Shown: in pieces, positions 44,272-48,498 of the stretch
Numbering within the stretch: the first letter of the stretch is position 1
Layout of the letters: each line of letters opens with the position of its first letter
Assembly (NCBI GenBank): GCA_017507145.1
Contig: JAFWBJ010000076.1
Location: 1-48,498 of the forward strand
Direction of reading: 5' to 3'
From: Clostridia bacterium
GTDB taxonomy: Bacteria > Bacillota > Clostridia > Oscillospirales > CAG-272
DNA: 48,498 bases
Notes under the pieces: generated by a model
What the model was told of the DNA's origin: nothing
Database searches by the model: none
Seen by the model: the letters and a program-made list of their open reading frames with translations, nothing else
Position numbers and translations under genes: made by a program

Positions 44272-44285
44272 GTTGATCGGCGTGC

Positions 44286-45683
44286 TCACTTCTGCACGCG
44301 GAAGAACAGGCGCTTCAGCGCGTGACCGTTGAAGGGGATGAGTGGATACAGATACGACCGCCGACGGTTGACCGTTGCATTGGATGCCAGCAGGAGAATA
44401 CAGCCGACAAGGCCGCCCAAAAAGCCCCACACACCGAAGAGCGCGGTCAGAATCAGCAAGCCGACACGCAAAAATTTGAAGGCATATCCCAGTTCATAGC
44501 TGGGCTGGGTAAAGTTGGCGATGGCCACGAAGGCCATATAGAGAATGACCTCGGGCAGCAGCCAGCCAATATCGACCGCGAAATCGCCGAGGATCAGCCC
44601 GCCGACGACCGAGAGCGAATTGGTGAGCATGCTTGGCGTATTCATCGAGGCCAGCTTGAGCCCGTCGATGACGAATTCAGTCAGCAGCAGCTGGGCAAAG
44701 ATGGGAATACGCGCCTGCTCGGTCGGGATGATGAAGGCCATCCAGCCGGGCAGCCATTCGGGATTTTGGATGAGCAGATACCATAGTGGGGTCAGGAAGA
44801 GCGTGACCCAGAAGATGGCGTGACGGAGCAGCCGCACATAGCAGCCGGTGATGGGGGGAAAGTAGTAGTCGCCCGTTTCCTGCAGAAAGTCGAAAATTGA
44901 GGTTGGCAGGATCATGGCCTCGGGCGAGTTGTCGCAGAGCAGGAGTACACTGCCTTCGAGCAGCGAAGCGGCTGCCGCATCGGGACGCTCGGTACAGCGA
45001 ATCTTGGGAAAGGGATTGTACCAGCGCGTCTTGATCAGACATTCGGCCAGCGACTGATGGCCCATCGGCAGTGCGTCGGTGCGGATCGCCCCCAGACGGC
45101 TGCGCAGATAATCGACATAACCCGGGTCGGCCTTGCCTTCGAGATAGCACAGCACAACGTCGGTGCGCGATTCCGCCCCCACCGTGTGGTAGGCCATCGT
45201 CAGACGCGGATCGCGGATGCGCCGGCGGATGAGGGCAGTGTTGAAGACCAGCGTTTCCACAAAGCCGTCCCGCGCGCCCCGCATGACGCGGTCATTTTCT
45301 GGCTCGTCGGGTGAGCGGGAGGGGTAGGTCCGCGCATCGATGATGATCGCCTCGGCACCGAAGGTCGAGCCGAGCATCACGGTAGCACCGCTGAGCACCA
45401 TCGTGATCATCGTTTCCACCGATTCGGTGACATCGGCCTCTACATAGGTCACTTGTCCCCTGACAAAGGCCTCGGCACCGCCGCCCAGACCCGGCAGACT
45501 GACAAAGGGAAGCAGCAGTTTCTGCATCACGGTATCTTTGACAAATCCGTCGATGTAGTAAAGCGTCAGCTCGTCCTGCCCGACGCGCAGAACCTTTTTG
45601 ATGACATCAAAGCTGGCATCGACCCGAAGCAGGCCATCCAGCATCGCGACATTTTCGCGGTAATTTCCGGTGAGTTTTTGCAT
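44286..45683 (-). CDS. GerA-family spore germination protein (A-subunit / SpoVAF-like)
   Basis: Start MQKLTGNYRENV after AAGGAGAG. ..LTLYYIDGFVKD..IIDARTYPSRSPDEPENDRVMRGARDGFVETL..NTALIRRRI.., plus a C-terminal five-TM region. Confidence 0.8.
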   Translation of the reverse strand: MQKLTGNYRENVAMLDGLLRVDASFDVIKKVLRVGQDELTLYYIDGFVKDTVMQKLLLPFVSLPGLGGGAEAFVRGQVTYVEADVTESVETMITMVLSGATVMLGSTFGAEAIIIDARTYPSRSPDEPENDRVMRGARDGFVETLVFNTALIRRRIRDPRLTMAYHTVGAESRTDVVLCYLEGKADPGYVDYLRSRLGAIRTDALPMGHQSLAECLIKTRWYNPFPKIRCTERPDAAAASLLEGSVLLLCDNSPEAMILPTSIFDFLQETGDYYFPPITGCYVRLLRHAIFWVTLFLTPLWYLLIQNPEWLPGWMAFIIPTEQARIPIFAQLLLTEFVIDGLKLASMNTPSMLTNSLSVVGGLILGDFAVDIGWLLPEVILYMAFVAIANFTQPSYELGYAFKFLRVGLLILTALFGVWGFLGGLVGCILLLASNATVNRRRSYLYPLIPFNGHALKRLFFRVQK

Positions 45684-45761
45684 GGCACTCTCCTTGTAGA
45701 TGGGATTCAAGGAAAGTATGCACAGCGCGGGACGCTTCTATGCAAAACCGGCATTTCAGGC

Positions 45762-47027
45762 TTAGCGGCAAAGCCCGCGCATGGTTTGCAGACCGTTGGG
45801 CAGAAGCAGTTCGGTTTCTTCGGCGATGGAGGGCAGCTTGGGCAGATGCAGGGTGGCGGCATGGGTGATGGCCCGGCGGCCGAAGCGCCGGCGAATGTTA
45901 TCCAGCGTCGCGTCGACCGATGCATCCCGTTCCCGCTTGCCCGCATCACAGAAGAGACTAAGCTGCTCAGCCGCCTGTTCGTCATCCAGGTGGATGGCGC
46001 GTACCGTCATGGCGCGAACCGGCTGGGACCAGGTGTAATGTTGGCAGAAAAGCGAAAATGCCCCACCGGCCAGGTCGGCGGCATGTTGCGTTGGCTGCTC
46101 AAGCACAGTCTGCCAGCTTCTGTCGCGCAGATCCCCCGTACGTACCGAGAGGGCGATGCCGTACGCCTTCTTCTGCGCTGCCCGCAGCCGGCGGGCAACC
46201 TCGTCGGCCAGCATCAGCAGCATCGGCCATACCTCCTCACTGCTCGTCAGATCGGCATTGAAGGTCACGCCGTTGCCGACCGATTTAATGGGGGGCGCAC
46301 TGCACTGCGGAACGACGGGCGTATCGTCCTCGCCGTTGGCATATTCCCACAGGCGAAGACCGCCCACGCCGAATTTGTATTGCAGCAGAGAAGTCGGACA
46401 CTGGGCCAGGTCGCCGATGGTGCGGACGCCGTAGCGGTGCAGTGTCTTTGCCGTTGCCGGACCGACGCCAAGCAGCTCCTCAACGGCCAGCGGCCAGACC
46501 TTTTCCCTGAACTGCTCGCGCGCAATAACGGTCACCGCATCGGGCTTGCGCATGTCACTGCCGAGCTTGGCAAAAACCTTGTTGAAGGACACCCCGACCG
46601 ACACGGTCAGCCCCAACTCGCGCTTGACCCGACGGCGGATCTCATGCGCGAGCTGCTCACCGTTGCCCAACCGCGACGAGGCGGTGACGTCGATCCAGCA
46701 TTCATCGATGCCAAACGGTTCAATGAGATCGCTGTAATCGGCGTAGATCTCCTGCACGAGACGGGAATATTTGGTGTATTCGCTAAAATGCGCATCGGTG
46801 ATGATCAGCCCCGGGCATTTTGTCTTGGCCTGCCAGACCGTCTCGCCGGTCCTGACACCGCAGGCTTTCGCGGCGCAGTTCTTGGCCAGCACAATGCCGT
46901 GCCTATCCTCCTGCCTGCCACAGACCGCTACCGGATGCGCACGCAGTGCCGGATTGCGCATGCACTCAACCGCCGCATAAAAATGGTTTAAATCGCTGTG
47001 CAAAACCGTGCGTGAAGGGGATGCCAT
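45762..47027 (-). CDS. dinB: Y-family DNA polymerase (DinB/Pol IV-like)
   Basis: Start MASPSRTVLHSDLNHFYAAVE. Also ..VAVCG..GIVLAKNCAAKACGVRTG..IEPFGIDECWIDVT..SVGVSFNKVFAKLGSD.KKP.. Confidence 0.85.
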   Translation of the reverse strand: MASPSRTVLHSDLNHFYAAVECMRNPALRAHPVAVCGRQEDRHGIVLAKNCAAKACGVRTGETVWQAKTKCPGLIITDAHFSEYTKYSRLVQEIYADYSDLIEPFGIDECWIDVTASSRLGNGEQLAHEIRRRVKRELGLTVSVGVSFNKVFAKLGSDMRKPDAVTVIAREQFREKVWPLAVEELLGVGPATAKTLHRYGVRTIGDLAQCPTSLLQYKFGVGGLRLWEYANGEDDTPVVPQCSAPPIKSVGNGVTFNADLTSSEEVWPMLLMLADEVARRLRAAQKKAYGIALSVRTGDLRDRSWQTVLEQPTQHAADLAGGAFSLFCQHYTWSQPVRAMTVRAIHLDDEQAAEQLSLFCDAGKRERDASVDATLDNIRRRFGRRAITHAATLHLPKLPSIAEETELLLPNGLQTMRGLCR

Positions 47028-47067
47028 ATCGTAAATCCTCACTTTTTGAAAAAATTCACACAACCTG

Positions 47068-47096
47068 TTGACAAATTGTGTGTGCCGTGGTAGAAT
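47068..47096 (+). promoter_or_regulatory. sigma-70-type promoter candidate for the XRE/ImmA-like operon
   Basis: TTGACA, 17 nt, TAGAAT. The -35 lies inside the inverted repeat CACACAA (47057-47063) / TTGTGTG (47076-47082). Confidence 0.6.
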
Positions 47097-47122
47097 ATAA
47101 GCACATGATGGTGTGTATTATG

Positions 47123-47151
47123 ATTATACACAAAACAATGTGTCGTGTCAA
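47123..47151 (-). promoter_or_regulatory. consensus sigma-70-type promoter candidate for dinB
   Basis: Minus strand: TTGACA, 17 nt ending in TG, TATAAT. The -10 is embedded in the inverted repeats TGTGTAT/ATACACA (47112-47132) and ACACA/TGTGT (47128-47143). Confidence 0.6.
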
Positions 47152-47212
47152 GATGTATTGCGCAAAATAATGTGCTATTTTCATCCAAATCGGCAAAATA
47201 AGGAGAAGAAAG

Positions 47213-47623
47213 ATGACTTTTGCAGAAAAAATCAAATCCGCCCGTCAGGCGGAAGGGTACAGCCAGCGGGAACTGGCAGAGCGTGCCGGTCTGCATTACC
47301 GCACGATTCAGAACTGGGAGGCAGGGCGTCTGCCCAAGAGCCTTGATCCGGTCTTCCGTGTCGCACAGGTGCTGGGCACAACGGCTGAAGCATTGCTGGG
47401 CGAGTCGGATCAGTATATCATTGAAGCAAACGCGCGGGGCGGGGCAGGGGCGGCACGCGATGTCGATGCCCTGGTCAGCGAGGTCATCGGCCTGTTTGCG
47501 GGCGGTGAGCTGGACGAAGAGGAAAAAGAAGGTATTATGGCCGCGCTCAACGAGGCGTATTGGATTGCCAAGCAGAAAAATGCCAAGTATACGCCCAAGA
47601 AATATCGCTCCGCACAGAAATGA
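47213..47623 (+). CDS. XRE-family helix-turn-helix repressor-like protein
   Basis: AAGGAG RBS. FAEKIKSARQAEGYSQRELAERAGLHYRTIQNWEAGRLPKSLDPVFRVAQVLGTTAEALLG. Confidence 0.8.
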   Translation: MTFAEKIKSARQAEGYSQRELAERAGLHYRTIQNWEAGRLPKSLDPVFRVAQVLGTTAEALLGESDQYIIEANARGGAGAARDVDALVSEVIGLFAGGELDEEEKEGIMAALNEAYWIAKQKNAKYTPKKYRSAQK

Positions 47624-47632
47624 GGCCTGCCG

Positions 47633-48154
47633 ATGACCAATGCTGTGCTTCGTCCCGAACCCATTGCCCGCAGCGCAAAAGCGCTTGCCGCCCGCTGCGG
47701 CACGTGTGATCCCTTTGCGATCGCCGCACAGCTGGGCATTGAGGTGCTGCACGTCGGCTCACTGAAGCGGCTTAAGGGGATGTACCGTGTGATCAAGGGC
47801 GTTCGCTTTATTATCCTCAACGAAAACAACACCCCGCAGATCGACCGGATCGTCTGCGCACACGAGTTGGGGCATGATCAGCTGCACCGCCCCCTGGCCC
47901 GCGCCCAGACCCTGCAGGAATTTATGCTCTATGATATGGCGACCCGTCCAGAATATGAGGCCAACCTCTTTGCGGCGAACCTGCTTTTGGATGACGAAAC
48001 CGTCCTTTCGCACATCGAACAGGGCTTTGATATTGTCCAGATCGCCGCTGCGATGGGGAGCGATATCAATCTGGTCGCCCTCAAGATCGACAGTCTGATC
48101 CGTGAGGGCTACTCGCTCTGTGCCCAGCCGCATGATTCTGCTTTTCTGCGATAG
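47633..48154 (+). CDS. ImmA/IrrE-family (COG2856) zinc metallopeptidase
   Basis: HELGHDQLH (HExxH), followed by ..EYEANLFAANLLL... Located directly downstream of the XRE gene with a 9-nt gap. Confidence 0.8.
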   Translation: MTNAVLRPEPIARSAKALAARCGTCDPFAIAAQLGIEVLHVGSLKRLKGMYRVIKGVRFIILNENNTPQIDRIVCAHELGHDQLHRPLARAQTLQEFMLYDMATRPEYEANLFAANLLLDDETVLSHIEQGFDIVQIAAAMGSDINLVALKIDSLIREGYSLCAQPHDSAFLR

Positions 48155-48283
48155 TTGATGAGCCGACAAAAAAATTGCAGAAATTTTTATCAGGGTATTG
48201 AGTTTTTGCCAAAAAAATGATATACTTATCCCATCAAAATGCGGGCAACCGTTTACTGTGTCCCGCGCAAAGGAGAATTGTCA

Positions 48284-48498
48284 ATGAAGAAGCTTTATGC
48301 AGGAAAAACCAAAGACGTATACGCACTGGAAAATGGAAATGTCCTCCTGAAGTTCAAGGATGACTGTACCGGCAAGGACGGCGTTTTCGATCCCGGTGAG
48401 AACAGCGTTGGTCTGACCATCGAGGGCATCGGCCGTGCGAATCTGGAAACCTCGGTTTATTATTTTGAAATGCTGAAGGCCGCCGGCATCAAGACCCA
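48284..48498 (+). CDS. purC: phosphoribosylaminoimidazole-succinocarboxamide synthase, N-terminal part (runs off the window)
   Basis: [82 protein letters not shown] is typical of the PurC N-terminus. Confidence 0.85.
   Translation, partial: MKKLYAGKTKDVYALENGNVLLKFKDDCTGKDGVFDPGENSVGLTIEGIGRANLETSVYYFEMLKAAGIKT

Noticed and set aside
47028-47212. LexA (Cheo box, GAAC-N4-GTTC) site upstream of dinB.
   Set aside because: No match to the motif on either strand in the dinB / XRE control region. The palindromes present are TGTGT/ACACA-based instead.
47213-48154. Interpreting the XRE / ImmA pair as the immunity module of a prophage or ICE.
   Set aside because: No integrase, excisionase, replication, conjugation or structural genes and no att-like repeats flank it within the window. 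It is bordered by dinB and purC, so a chromosomal regulatory role is favoured. An element beyond the window edge cannot be excluded.
48155-48283. Possible purine riboswitch upstream of purC.
   Set aside because: The 129-nt spacer holds only a promoter-like TTGAGT-17-TATACT and a short GCGGG..CCCGC hairpin. The conserved purine-riboswitch three-way junction and loop sequences are not recognisable.
1-48498. Search for rRNA, tRNA, tmRNA and CRISPR arrays, and for integrase, transposase or phage structural genes.
   Set aside because: No tRNA-like cloverleaf segments, no regularly spaced direct repeats and no recombinase-like ORFs were seen. The only repeated sequence family is the double-hairpin element reported above.

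Overview
GC-rich chromosomal segment, roughly 55-65% GC by hand count of a few lines. Gene content looks like a Clostridia (Oscillospiraceae/Ruminococcaceae-like) genome. It holds about 45 protein genes, mostly housekeeping or conserved-unknown. No rRNA, tRNA, CRISPR array, integrase or transposase was recognised. Left to right: asd (3' part), a frameshifted acyltransferase-3 gene, a stand-alone EF-G2-type paralogue, and an ABC / DUF1854 / ABC operon whose two transporters each carry an N-terminal zinc-ribbon domain. Then two translationally coupled XRE paralogues plus an ECF sigma / anti-sigma pair, a DEDDh exonuclease, flavodoxin-like and SDR genes, a Wzx-like flippase, mrp, pnuC and an orphan fucI. 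Next is a minus-strand block asnB / ATP-grasp ligase / Asp racemase / murE that reads like a D-Asp peptidoglycan cross-bridge pathway. This is followed by hflKC, a frameshifted GNAT, an LRR protein, DUF1846, DUF1385, a GntR regulator with an AT-rich acidic ORF, and a DUF951-yfhO-ruvA-ruvB operon. The right end carries a beta-helix gene remnant, pfp, an AT-rich islet with an amidohydrolase remnant and a YitT-like gene, an orphan GerA-family gene, dinB divergent from an XRE / ImmA-IrrE pair, and the start of purC. The points most worth follow-up are: (1) the ABC-DUF1854-ABC machine with its adjacent regulators; (2) the dinB / XRE / ImmA-like module, which has face-to-face consensus promoters, TGTGT/ACACA operator-like palindromes and no Cheo box; (3) a double-hairpin, REPIN/MITE-like repeat family with five half-copies, whose TAAGG termini supply the stop codons of three genes; (4) the putative D-Asp cross-bridge cluster, where MurE has DNPD in place of DNPR; (5) several decayed genes and two AT-rich islets. 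All functional calls rest on reading the translations and motifs by eye. No database search was run.
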